A stretch of 64,000 bases of DNA from Atractiella rhizophila (Eukaryota). Each line of letters starts with the position of its first letter. The first letter of the stretch is position 1. Of this stretch, positions 1-12,168 are shown piece after piece. The translations under genes were made by a program, and so were the position numbers. The stretch covers positions 1 to 64,000 of the forward strand of contig MU271381.1 of NCBI GenBank assembly GCA_021432655.1, written 5' to 3'. Under the pieces are notes generated by a model that was given only the letters and a program-made list of their open reading frames with translations, ran no database searches and had not been told where the DNA came from.

Positions 1-588
1 CTCGCTGGTACTACTTACTTGATTGATCGGATTGAAGCAGCTGCATCTTTCAATTCTTCATTGGCTTGATAGCATAAATCCCCTTTACATCCACTAAATC
101 TTGTCTGTTCCTACTTTTCTTCAGCTTTCGACTCTATAAATTTATCAGCCTTTTCCATTTCTCCCTTCCTCCTTTCCTTTCTATTGTATGTAGGCCATTG
201 GCAAGTTATAGGCAATCAGTCCGATGATCTGTGTATACCCGACCTACTCTGCTCATGCTCCCTCTCATAACTGGTAATCCATGATTACCTGATAAGGGCA
301 CGTGACGTCGCCATCCACCACACATCCAAAATCCAACACCTTTTGTATCCGAATATTCTGCTCCTTGCCGCCATCTAGGTCTGCGCTGATTCGAGCGTAT
401 TCTCGTCAAAACAACAAGCATGCTTGCATTCGGCTGACCGGGTGCAACATCCGGATATAACATCCGTGAATAGACTTCTCTCTCCACCTCACACGGCCTC
501 GTGCTTTGCTCTTTAACAACGAATTCCCAATTTGTTTTGGTCCAGTCTGCTTTCTTGAAAGTCTTTGACAGGCTCATTCGCGCTCAAA

Positions 589-3132
589 ATGGCATCTTCA
601 ACCCTTTATATGTCACCAATAGCTCTCCCAGATCAAGTACTCAATAATATCCCGGATGTGTCACTCTTCCACGTCTTGAAGGGAGATGTGAATGGTGAGT
701 GTCTCCCGTGCCCTATGCTATGAACTTGTATTCATGTGCTGAGGGTCGTAGATGAACGATGGAAACCTGTGGGTGGCGTTCACAAGCCACTGTTCATCGA
801 CGGCCTTAGTGTGCGTCCTACCTCCTCTCTTTCCTTTAAACTTCCTCGAGATAGTATGGCTGAATTTTGCACGAGTGTAGGGCGTCTCTCGCACGCATCC
901 TGAGCAATTCGAGCGATCCGAGCACCTCAGTCGCGGTCTCCTCAGCCTCCCGTTTATCCAGACTGGAGGAGAGGAGCTAGGAACGATGGGGATCCTCACA
1001 CCAAACCATATGGACTTTGTGCGTTATGCCCTTCACTTATCCCAAGGAAGATTCAGACTGAAATTTCACAATGTTTGTCGCTGTAGCCTACCGCCGTCCT
1101 GTCATCAATCCAAATCGGTTTCCCCTTCGCCGCTATGTCCTCTACATCGACATCGAACGAAATTGCGCACTACATTCGAGTTGCGTCCGTCAAAGCTTTG
1201 ATCGTGCACACGTCTCTTCTATCCTCCGTGCTCACCGCCTGCAAGTCCACATCTTTTCCTACATCGAATATCATCCTGCTTGGGCCGTCCCCTCCCAAAG
1301 GATACCTCACAGTCGACGACCTCATCAAGAAAGGGGCGGGCTTAGCTCCTGCTCCAGTCGCGACTATTCCGAAGCATGGAATCGTTTGGTGCGTCTTCTC
1401 AAGCGGCACCACGAGTTTGCCCAAGGCGGTTGGAATCACGCATAAAAACGTGATTGCGTTCCTCCTCGGGATGAAACACATTGGGGAATCAATGACCAGT
1501 GCATACGAGAAGAGTGGGCAGAAGCCACCCATAGACCCGAGCGTGGAGAGGCCGATTGCGCTGGCACATTTGCCCATGTATCATGTAAGCTTCCATAGCT
1601 CGTTTCATCGGATTCGCTTTCTAATGTTTCGCCCTCTTGGTGCGGATAGGTCTATGGACTTGTTCAGCTCGTTGTCCGGTCTTTTATTGCTCCGGCAACC
1701 TGTAAGCTTCGTCGTATTTTCTCCACGGTGTCGAAACTGATAACCAACAGTGATCGTGATGCCGAAGTTCGATCTCGACCTCTTCCTCACGCTGGTACCA
1801 AAGTGTGTGCCGCTTTTGCGCCTGTCATGAGTAGATGTCTAAGTCGTGTAAAGGTACAAAGTGAACCACCTGCTCCTCGTCCCAACCATCGTTCACATGC
1901 TGGTCGCCAATCCCAAGACACAGCAGACCGATTTCTCCAGCGTGAAGGTACGCGGGCATGCAATCATCCACCTTTAACTCAGTAGGGATAATAGGCAGCG
2001 GCTTCCGGCGCGGCGTACCTAGGCCCAGACATGCAAATGAAGTTCACCAACCTCCTTCGTTCGCGCGGCGCACAACTACCAGAGCCCTCGCCCAAAACCG
2101 GAGGGGGGATCACGAGCGGGTTCGGGATGAGTGAGGTTGTGGTTTCAGGAACGTTTGCGCCAGTTGCAGGTGCGATAGTCCAATTTGTGCATCTGATGAA
2201 TAAGTGGCTGACGTTCGGTTGGATAAGGCATGCCATGTGGACCTGTGAAGCTGGGCTCCGTTGGAGTGCTCTACCCGTCTCTCAAGGCGAGACTTGTGGA
2301 TCCAGAAACGGGCAAGGATGCTAAAAGAGGTGGACCTGGAGAGCTTTGGTTGAAGGGCCCGAGTGTGATGAGGGGATATCTGAACAACGAAAAAGGTGCG
2401 CCCTGCTTCTTTTTGTGTCGGGAAAAGTTTTAATTGACTCACTGTGATTCGTATTTCATAGCCAATAAGGAGACCTTTTCGGATGATGGGTGGCTAAAGA
2501 CAGGAGATGAATTTAGGATCGATGATGAAGGTCATCTTTTCTATGTAGGGTTTCCTTTTGTTTCTTTGGAAAGAAGATTAAGAGTTCTTGGGGGTTTCAG
2601 GTCGATCGTTTAAAGGACATCTTCAAATGTCGAGGCAAGTATTCTTTTGGATTTACTTTGACAAGCTAAACATGGACACCCTGCACTCAGGTCTTCAAGT
2701 CACCCCTGGAGAGATCAACAGTGTGATACGCACAAATGTACCATACATCGTCGACTCGTGCGTCGGAGGTGTTCCCTCTCCTGCAGGGGCCAAAATAGGA
2801 GAGGTCCTGCTCCTTCATCATCGCATGCATCTTGTTACTCACGAGATCTGATGCAGGAGCCATGGGCGTGGATCGTACTGAAGGAGGAAGGGAAGCGGAT
2901 GGATCCTAAGAAAGTAAAGGAAGAGGTTGCAGAGGTGGTGAAGAAACATTTGGCGAGGCACAAGTGGTTGAGGGAGGTGGTAAGTTTTCCTATTCGCACT
3001 GCAAGCGACGATGATGTGAACTGGTCACCTTAGGTTATTCTCGACGCTCTGCCAGTCTTAGCTAGTGGTAAGAAGGTCGTGAGACAGCTCAGAGATGAGG
3101 CAATCAAAAGCCAGAAGGAGTCGAAGCTGTAG
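589..3132 (+). CDS. 4-coumarate-CoA-ligase-like acyl-CoA synthetase (AMP-binding family), peroxisomal; multi-exon
   Basis: AMP-binding motif [54 protein letters not shown]; last exon reads ...[13 protein letters not shown] (PTS1). Confidence 0.9.
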
Positions 3133-3577
3133 TAAGACTGGATGACAAGATGTGAGAGGCTTTTGCTTGGGCTTGTTCCTGCTCTAGAGTCTGTAGCATA
3201 TCGTTATAGTCTGCTATAGATTAGATTTTGGTGACAATTTCAATGGCTGTGGTATTGTGGAGGCTAGACCACATTTTGGTATGCAAGCAATAAAGACTAC
3301 TTTGGAGAGCCGTAACATTCTGCAACATTCTGGCTAGTTTTCGTTCTTATCTGCTCGCATCATCTACTTCGTTTCCCGTCTACGTATGACACAAGGCGAA
3401 GGCGAGAAACACTTACCTCTCCTTCGCTGCTAGTACAATGAGATTGAAGCCATGTACGCGATGATCTTCACACGACGACTCCGCGGAACCAAACAGCAGA
3501 AGGTGCAAGTGAACCTCAAAACGACGAACGCTCCCTTTCCTCCTTCGCGCTCACAGCGTCTCTCCTTAATCCACACC

Positions 3578-6056
3578 ATGGCATCCGCCAATGGGCCCTC
3601 AGTCCCACCACCGCGCAACGCTGCCGCTCCACAGCAGCCAGGACTTTCCGCGGAAGAGCGGAAGAAGCTCCAAAGGAGCAGGTCCAACTCCTCACACCAT
3701 ATCTTTGTGCACGCGAATGATGCACTTTTTGAGTACGATTCTCTTATAAGTTTGTCACGGGTATTGAGGTGGTGTTACGATGGTCAGTCATTACCAGGAC
3801 ACAGACGTCGACGACAAACAATTCTCGAGGAATATCTTCAAGAACCCTGCCTGGTTGAAGCTCATCGCGAGAGGGACTGTCCTGCGCGTCATTTGGCCCG
3901 AATGGATTGGTATGCCCCCTTTCTTTGATTTCCTGGGTGGCATTGATTCCAAGCGTTCGTGCTATTTAGGGCACACGCTATGGGCCGTATTTGTGGTCGT
4001 CTTGAGCAAGAATACACCTATTAACCTTGGTATCTCAAACGTGTGAGCACATCCTACTCAGATGGAAAGGAGCAATGGTGACCTTTGTGCAGGCTTCTGA
4101 CTGTTTTGGGAGTGTACACCTCTTGCTTTCCATGACCACCAGGTTCTAATGCGTCGTCTCTCGCAGGCTTATCGGTTTTGTCGTTCCCTATCGTGTCAGC
4201 GCAAGTTATGCTTCCTATTGGGCTGGAAGATCAGCATGGGGAGATTGCATGCGACATTCCAGAACACTGGCTCGACTGAGTGAATATTTACGTCTTGTGC
4301 CCAGCAACGAATACTGACAAGGTCTACCTACAATGCAGTGTGGTTCAACGTACCAACTTGCACGAAAAAGTATGCAGAAGACGAAACCGTCCCAAAGGAG
4401 GAGCTCGAGTCTGTCTTGGAGGAGAAGAAGGCGTTCTTGGATCTTATTCTTGCGTACGTCTACCTTACAATTATTAAGGAACGTTGCTGAGTATCGTAAC
4501 GTAGTTTCGCGTTGGTTTCTTATTCTTTATCTCTGCCACGACTGATCTTCAATTACTGCAAAGTGTTTCCCTCAAGCACAGACTCAGATCCGAACATGGC
4601 ATTTACTACGATGACTTATATCCTCTTGTCTGCGACATGCCCCAAGTGCGCCGTCTTCCTTCTCCGTGTACCTATATTGACAAAAGGTATAGTTTAATCG
4701 TCAAAACATCTCTCACGATCAAAAGAAGGCCAACGACGACATCGTAACCTCTCCCACATCCGCCTCCTCTCCCTTCCCATCGGTACTCAACGCTCTCTCC
4801 AACCCGCCTCCCAACACGACTGTTAACAGCACAAACGGAACTGGGCCAAAACACTCGGAGACCGCACCGTTGACCGCGCAAGGAAACGAATATGGCACCT
4901 TCTCTCCTTCCTCAGGAGACTCAGCGCGCGATTCCCTCCTGCGATCTGTGCACGCGGCTACCGAACCCGTACCCGTACCTGCTCCAGCGGCAGCTTCCAG
5001 CGCTGTCCTGCAGCCCTCTCATACGTGGGCGGCTTGGACGAGCAGTACGATGGGGAGCGTTTCAAAACCGAAGAAGCGAAAGACGCATCGGGTGGAGTAC
5101 AAGCAGGACACAGGGAACGATGCTGCTGACAGTCAGACCGTCGTACTTATTCATAGGAAGTTGAAGGAATTTAAGGCTCGGATTGATGTTTCTGGGAAGC
5201 ATGTACCACAGATGGAGGACTTGCTCAAGAAGAAAGCGTCAAAAGGAGATCAGAATGATCGGTGCTTGAATATCCCTCTCGAGATTGTTTGGGCTCTTTC
5301 TGCTTATCTCTATGTCCTCGAAAAGAGAAATAACGTCGGTGGAAACCCGCTTGGTCAGCTTTATGCCAATGTCCTTGCTCTGGAGGATGACTTGACAACT
5401 ATGGAAAAAGTGGGTCCATATTCTTCCTTGTTATTCTACAGAGCAAATTGCTGACTCCAGCCTAGATCTTGACTTGTCCACTCCCCGTAATCTATGCTCT
5501 CCACCTTCGCCACGCTGTGAGCTCCCAACTCCCGTAGAATTATCCTTCGCTTACCAAACGCCTTAGGTCTGGATCTATCTGCTCTTCATGCCACTCCAGG
5601 TACGCAAACTGAGCTTATTGGAAATCGCCTTTTGAGCGTTAACCTTCAGTTACTCCCAACGTATGGACCGTGGTTAACTGTGCTTGGAACAACCCTGGCA
5701 GCCTTCTTTTTCCTCGGCTTCATCGCTGCTGGCGAAGAAGTACGTTAATCCCATTCCCATCTGCTTTGCTCTGGAGGGATACTGACATATCGTCACGCAG
5801 ATTGAGCAACCGTTCGGATACGACGACAATGATCTGGATTTGGTTTGTGCCTTGCTTATGATTAAAGCAGTTGCTAAAGGGACGAATGCAGGACCTCTTC
5901 GTGGAGGAGATTATTGCGAAAGAGTTACAAGAGATCAAGGAACACCTGCCTCCTGATGTTGCCGAAGGCTTCAAGGAGATCAATAAGCAAGAAGATAGTG
6001 CTGCAAAGTGGATGAGGAAAAGGAGAAAGTGGAGAGCAATCGTCGACGCCTTCTAG
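3578..6056 (+). CDS. Bestrophin/UPF0187 (YneE-like) anion channel; multi-exon
   Basis: Spliced pieces YRVSASYASYWAGRSAWG, LTTMEKILTCPLP, QPFGYDDNDLDL match fungal UPF0187 motifs; several TM segments; 5' exon structure uncertain. Confidence 0.8.
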
Positions 6057-6318
6057 GGTTGTCGCCTGCTATGTACTGTCAGCTATCCTCTAGTAGGAGT
6101 TCGAACCTAGTGGAGAAACGGAACAGATATCTTATACGTCAATATCCTCTCGCTTCGCATTGTATCTATTTCTCCTAGCTGTGCTCTAGGTTCATATCGA
6201 TAATATATCACACCCATTTGTAACCATACCTGCTAGGAGAAGACCGCAATTGCTTTTGCTGATTTCAAATACAAGTTGTCTCCAAGCTCGGAATGATCAA
6301 TGGGCCAAATCCACCACG

Positions 6319-7422
6319 ATGCCTGGCACAGTGAGCATTCATTCCCATCAAAACCACCTCAAATGGGATAACTCCCTCCCTCCCATCGCACGAGTCTCCT
6401 CAGGAGATACTGTCTCGTTCTCCTGCCTGGACGCAAGCAATGGACAAATCACCGCTTCTTCCACCACTTCCTCTCTTCAAGCGCTCGACTTTTCGCGTTT
6501 GGACCAAGTAAATGGCCCTATCTACGTTGAAAGCGCGAAACCGGGGGATGTACTAGAAGTTGAATTCTTGAGCGTGAAACATGCAACTTGGGGATGGACG
6601 GCTGTTATCAAGGATTTTGGATTATTGGCCAATGAGTATGAAGAGAGTCTAAAGATATGGAAATTGGATGAAGAGGAAGGATATGCATGGTTCAATAAAC
6701 AGATTCGAGTACCCCTGGATCCATTCATGGGAGAAATTGGAGGAGCCAGAGGAGAGCCAGGAGCTTGGAGCACAATCCCACCGTATAAGACAGGTGGAAA
6801 TATCGACACAAAATATGTGACGGAAGGATCAAGGTTATTTCTCCCTATCGAATGCGAAGGTCCCTTTTCACCTTAACAGATGTGCGTAAACTAATCTGTG
6901 CTGTCATAAGGTGCTCTTTTCTCCATTGGCGATGGACACGCCTGTCAAGGCGACGGCGAAGTGTGCGGAACAGCAATCGAGACTCCGATGGAAGTGGTTG
7001 TTCGACTAACAGTGCATTCTTCCACGACTTCGAGCTCCACTAGTCTTAAAAAACCCCAGCTGGTGAAGACGCCGCACATCCTTTCCCTTCCTCAAAACAA
7101 CAGTAAATCGATCAGCATCCGCGCCGAACGAGAATCCAAGGGCTTTTATGCGACGACAGGAGTTGGAGATAGCTTGCTCGAAGCGTCGAAAGAGGCTATC
7201 AGAGCAATGATTGCATGGTTGAGTGCTGAGAAAGGCCTAGAGGGGAAAGATGCGTATATGCTTTGCAGCGTCGTTGTTGGTGAATGATCTCAATTTAACT
7301 CTGGTTATCCTGTACTGATTTTTGGGTACGCAGATTTGAGGATCACGGAGATCGTCGACATGCCTAATTTCGTGGTTGGAGCGTTTTGCCCACTCTCCAT
7401 TTTCGTAGATCGAGGGATCTAG
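6319..7422 (+). CDS. Acetamidase/formamidase family protein
   Basis: HLKWDNSLPP, GPIYVESAKPGDVLEV, GGNIDTK, FSIGDGHACQGDGEVCGTAIE, EIVDMPNFVVG; two introns. Confidence 0.9.
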
Positions 7423-7983
7423 CTTTAATGGGCTGGTCACAAGCTTGAACAGGGAGTACGCTCAACATTTCAGATTGCAAGAAACTTCCTTGTCAACATC
7501 CATATAACGTGTTGAGGTTCAGTGTAACGATCCAAGCTCGGAAATTTGAAAGGGAGATGCCAATGCAGGCAGGTTACACGCTTGAATTGAAGTGAGAGAA
7601 CATTCAGCTTGAGGAAATCAATGGTATTTTGTGAAATTAGAGATCTCTCAATTCAATATGTTTATCGGCGCTGGATTCAGACATGGATAGACCTGATAAC
7701 AGATGCGTTCCTTTAAACACTTGATTTTATCGTAGCCTTTATCCACTAAGAACGAATGCGGGAAATTTGATCGTTTTTCTTTTATAGCTGAAACGTTGTA
7801 ACGAAGGTCCTCGCCATGTGATGTCATGAAATAACTTGTAACTCGATCTTAGCTATATCCAGCTATTATTTCTTCACAGCTGTATGCTCGACTGTCGTGA
7901 ATGATGCGGTTCCTCGCCGTCAGATTTACAAAGATATTTTTCACATTTTCTTCCTCCGCAGGGACAGAATAACAAACGCACTC

Positions 7984-8706
7984 TCAATCCTTTTTCTGAT
8001 CCCTCCTTCTCTTCACATCCCAATTGAACACCCTCGCCACATTCACCTCCGTCACCGTGATCTGCTCCCTCAACCACTGCGCGTCCTCCTTGGCATCTGA
8101 TAAGCTTTTACGGACCGTGGAGAGTTTGGAAGTGAGGAGTTCGAGAGCTTGTGGAAGGGGGTAGGAGAGGAGCGTGTTTGCGCCGAGCCAGACGTACACC
8201 TCGGAGAGATCTTTGGCCTCGACGCGTGCGCGAGAATACAGAGTGTCTGCTAGCTCGAAGGTCGTCTCGAGGTCTTCTTCCTTTTCCTAACGCGTCGACA
8301 ACACACAGAAAACAGAACCAAAACAGAATCAGTGTCGAATTCCTTGTCCCAAATAAAGCAGAAAGAAGAAGAGAGAAGACGACGTACCTTGCGCTCCATC
8401 AGTAGCTGGACGACCTCTATGCTCCGCTCCAACTCAGGGATCTTCTCCTCATAACCCGATAGCCGATTCAATGTAGTACCCTCCATAAACCTATACTTTG
8501 CCAACATTTCCTGCAAGTTCCTGAGTGGTCCTTCGACTGATGCATCTTTCGATCCGAGGAAGGCAGGGATGTCTTGCTGTTGACTTGTTTCTTGTCAGCA
8601 AGCACCTTTGCAGTAGTGAAAAGCTCACAATAAAAGGAGCTTGAGGGATGCCTCGCGGATTGGTTGTCAGCTTTGTTGGAGGCTCTGAGCTCGAGGCTGA
8701 AGACAT
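7984..8706 (-). CDS. PAC10: Prefoldin subunit 3 (Pac10/Gim2/VBP1)
   Basis: NPRGIPQAPFI, QEMLAKYRFME, VYVWLGANTLLSYP, LREQITVTEVNVARVFNWDVKRRR. Confidence 0.93.
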
Positions 8707-8889
8707 GATGAGATGCTCGAAAATGGACGCTTGGGGCCTTTTCCGGCCGTCGAACAAGGAAAATATCTGGTTCCGCGTTTCGATCAGTTCAAAAAGGACC
8801 ACAACAAGGAACATTCTTCGTCGACAGCTTGAATATTGAGTTAGTTATAGTGAGCAAGATATATTTGTAGAGGTTGTGTAGAGAAGGGT

Positions 8890-10506
8890 ATGGTCCTTAG
8901 TGCGTGTCCCTTAATAAATCATGAGGCGAACGAAGAATTGACTGCAAACGCGAGTTCAGTCAACAACCTCAAATTCTCCTGCCAATCCTGTATTTCAGGT
9001 CACCGGTCCTCCAACTGTCAACACCTCGAGCGCACTCTCTACGAAATCCGGAAAAAAGGACGTCCCATTTCCCAATGCGTTGATTGCAGGCAGGCAAGGA
9101 AGGGAAAGGGGATCCACGCGAAATGCGTCTGCGAGAATGCAGTGAGAGAGGTGGAGAGGGATCTTATCGCTCTCAAGAATGGAATTAGCGACGCGAGTGT
9201 AGAAGGTGAGGACAATCCGTTTGAGAAACTGGGACTTTTTCCTACCACCACCGCGACAAGCCTCTCCGCGGCAAATCAATCAGCACCACCGACATCTGCC
9301 ACCGCCAACACTGCCATTCCACAAAGGGCAACGACAAAGGTGTCCATCACCTCATTGCTCAATCCATGCTCCTGCGCAACCAGCGGATTATGCGACTGTG
9401 GAACACGCTCTGCCATACTTGGGAAGATGACACCTGCTCAGAAGAGGAAGCTCATTGCCGCGAAGCGAGCGATGAAGCGCGCAGAGAAGGACAAGATCAG
9501 ATCCCCATCCATCTTTACTTCAGTGACTCCCGCTCCTCCTGCCACGAACGCACCTGCGGTTTCCGCAGGCTGCTGTTGCAAGAAATCCGCCGACTCATCC
9601 CCTACTCCTGCTCCTATCTCTCCTGCTCCGGCACCGTTAAAACTGCCGGAGCTCGACTCGCCCACGTCGACTGTGTCTTTCTCTCTCTCCAATGATTCTC
9701 TCCCTCCTACCCCCGCGCCAGGATCAACGCTGTGCTGGTGTGGCGATGCATGCGCTTGTGTAGGATGCAAGGTTCACGACCCTCTGGGAATGAAGAAAGA
9801 TAGAAACGGGAAGGGACGACTTGGCTGTGGAGGACAGGGTATTGAGCCCATTCCTGAGATGGCGGAGGGGATGGTCCTCCCAGACTTGGTGGGAGCGGAT
9901 GGTGATGGGCTGCGACGTTTCTTCTGGACCGAAGGAGAGGAGCTGGCGCCTCTTGGTGCTGTTGCGTCTGCAGTTGAAGTCGAGCTCGAAAATGGTGCGA
10001 GAGATTCAGGAGGAGGAAATGAGAGGATCACACGTACGAGGAGGAGCTCATCCATTCGCCTTCCCAGTCTTAGCGCGCTGAATCTCGGAGATCTTGCCGG
10101 TGCCAACTTTGAGAATATCCCAACCGAAGAGTGGAAGGCTTTGGGACGTCTCGTCGAAGTAGATCACGGCATTGCATCTCGGTTCCCTCGGCTCTTTCAT
10201 CCTCTCACGATCCATTCCGACAACACAGTACTCCAGCCTCTCCCTCCGCTCTTAGGACAATCATCCAAACCGCTAGATGGTGCTGGGGGTTGTTGTAGCT
10301 CTAGAGACACTGAAGTTAAGACGGGAGCGGATTCTAGGCCACCTGGTGTTGGTTGTTGCAGCCTCGATGTTGGGATGGATATCGATATCGACGATAATCT
10401 GCCTGATGATGGGTTGTGCGATGAAGATGCGGAAGGGGAGGATGATCCGGACTTTCTCATGGCTTGCAATTGTGGTGCTGGTTGCCCTTGTGGAACGAAC
10501 AAATAA
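8890..10506 (+). CDS. Copper-fist DNA-binding transcription factor (Cuf1/Mac1/Ace1 family)
   Basis: After removing a 60-nt intron (8900-8959): MVLINNLKFSCQSCISGHRSSNCQHLERTLYEIRKKGRP; Cys-rich motifs CWCGDACACVGCKVH, CSCATSGLCDC and C-terminal CNCGAGCPC. Confidence 0.9.
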   Translation: MVLSACPLINHEANEELTANASSVNNLKFSCQSCISGHRSSNCQHLERTLYEIRKKGRPISQCVDCRQARKGKGIHAKCVCENAVREVERDLIALKNGISDASVEGEDNPFEKLGLFPTTTATSLSAANQSAPPTSATANTAIPQRATTKVSITSLLNPCSCATSGLCDCGTRSAILGKMTPAQKRKLIAAKRAMKRAEKDKIRSPSIFTSVTPAPPATNAPAVSAGCCCKKSADSSPTPAPISPAPAPLKLPELDSPTSTVSFSLSNDSLPPTPAPGSTLCWCGDACACVGCKVHDPLGMKKDRNGKGRLGCGGQGIEPIPEMAEGMVLPDLVGADGDGLRRFFWTEGEELAPLGAVASAVEVELENGARDSGGGNERITRTRRSSSIRLPSLSALNLGDLAGANFENIPTEEWKALGRLVEVDHGIASRFPRLFHPLTIHSDNTVLQPLPPLLGQSSKPLDGAGGCCSSRDTEVKTGADSRPPGVGCCSLDVGMDIDIDDNLPDDGLCDEDAEGEDDPDFLMACNCGAGCPCGTNK

Positions 10507-10700
10507 GACTTCACATCAAAATGGAATGCACAGTTTCTCTGCTCTTGTCATTGACCGTGTGCGTCAGGTTGAAGGACAAAAATGACATTGGCGCTTGTAT
10601 GCCGGATTTCTATTTCACATGAAGACTTTTCACACACTGGTTGGACATTTTGAGTTTTTATTGTTTTGACCCATGGAGATTCGGGAGCCAACCAACCTCT

Positions 10701-12048
10701 TTAATCTCCCATAGGATACGCATGCAGCACTTGTCCTATTGCATACCCATCAGGAATTGATTCTCAACTCTTAATGTGAAGACTGACCAGTATAGAGTGC
10801 TCCTTCCGCACTGGCTAAGAGGACGAAGCTAGGCGCAATCTCGCTAGGCTGACCCGCTGTTCATTCGACCAATGACCTTTAAATATGTGCACGTTGAAAA
10901 CAGAGGGCGAACTCACGTCTTCCCAATCCACTCTCCTTACCAAACTGTTCCATCTCCTCCGCTGGCCTACTCGCTGGTTGCAGAGGAGTATGCACTGGAC
11001 CGGGCGCCACAGCGTTCACGCGAATGCCTTTGGGCATGAGTTGAGCGGCGAGGGCTTTGGTCATTGAATATATCGCTCCCTAAACAGCGATAAGTGCCAC
11101 CACATACAGGTGACAAGTTGTGCCGGAATTGAGGAGAGAACAAACCTTTGTTGCTGTGTAGTCGACCATATTACCAGAACCACGGAAAGCAACAGTGGAT
11201 GTGGTATTGATACTATTTAGTCCTTTTAAAAGCTGAAGAAGAGAAGAGAAGCGGGGACTCACATGCTGGACCCTTTCTTGAGGTGTGGAAGCGCGTATTT
11301 TGTCATTGCGAACATCTGGATGACATTGCTCCTAAACGTGGATTCTACCATGCCTGTGCATTCATTCCCATGAGTGACAGTTACACGGGCAAAATGCAGG
11401 GGCAACTAACTCAGGTCGATATTTTCAAAATTCTCCTCCATTGTCTGTTTGGACGCGTTGTTGATCAGAATATCCAGAGCACCAAACTTCTGAATGTGTT
11501 GATCAACTGCCTTCTTGCAATTGTCATAGTTCTAGCCGCCATGGAAGTCAAGGCCTGAAATTGGCGTGCAAATGGATGACGAACTTCCAAATCGTAAGCG
11601 AGGGTGAGACAAGAGCGGCCCTCATCCTCAACCATTTTCTTCGTTTGCTGGGCATCCTTCTCTTCTTGGGGTAGGTACACAATCGTCACGTCTGCTCCTT
11701 CACGAGCGAAGAGTTTCGCCACCGCACGTCCTATTCCAGAATCTCCGCCTGCCACCCCGAACAGAAATCGGTTCAGTCCCATCCAGAAAAGACGCAGGGA
11801 ACAACTAACCAGTAATGATAACCTTCTTGTTCTTCAGCTTTCCCACTCCTTGGTATTCCACAAATCCACCCTCTCCTTCCAGCTTTGAGCTTTCTGAAGT
11901 GGGGTTCATATCTTTCTCCGACCTATAACGGGTCTGCGTCAGCACTGTTGCGAAAAAACAGGAGTAGAGGCTTGTACCCAGGCAAATTCTGTTGCTGTTT
12001 AGTGATCGGGTCTGCTTTGAAGGCACCGCCTGAACCTGCCTGTGACAT
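10701..12048 (-). CDS. Short-chain dehydrogenase/reductase, YghA/general-stress-protein-like; multi-exon
   Basis: [61 protein letters not shown]. Confidence 0.9.
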
Positions 12049-12135
12049 TTTGGCTTTATTTATGAGCTGACGACTGTAATATGAGGGTTTCAAATTTAGG
12101 GTGGAGAGAAGGGAGAGAGCGAGCGGCAGAGCAGA

Positions 12136-12168
12136 CTTTATAACGTCGCCTAAGAGCAAGTGACGTCA
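12136..12168 (-). promoter_or_regulatory. TATA box (TATAAAG, 12136-12142) plus palindromic CRE site TGACGTCA (12161-12168) upstream of the SDR
   Basis: Exact motifs about 90 and 113 bp upstream of the SDR ATG, correctly ordered for the minus-strand gene. Confidence 0.55.

Noticed and set aside
6085..6120. GGAGTTCGAACC resembling a tRNA T-loop/B-box
   Set aside because: No acceptor, D or anticodon arms; lies in a 3' UTR
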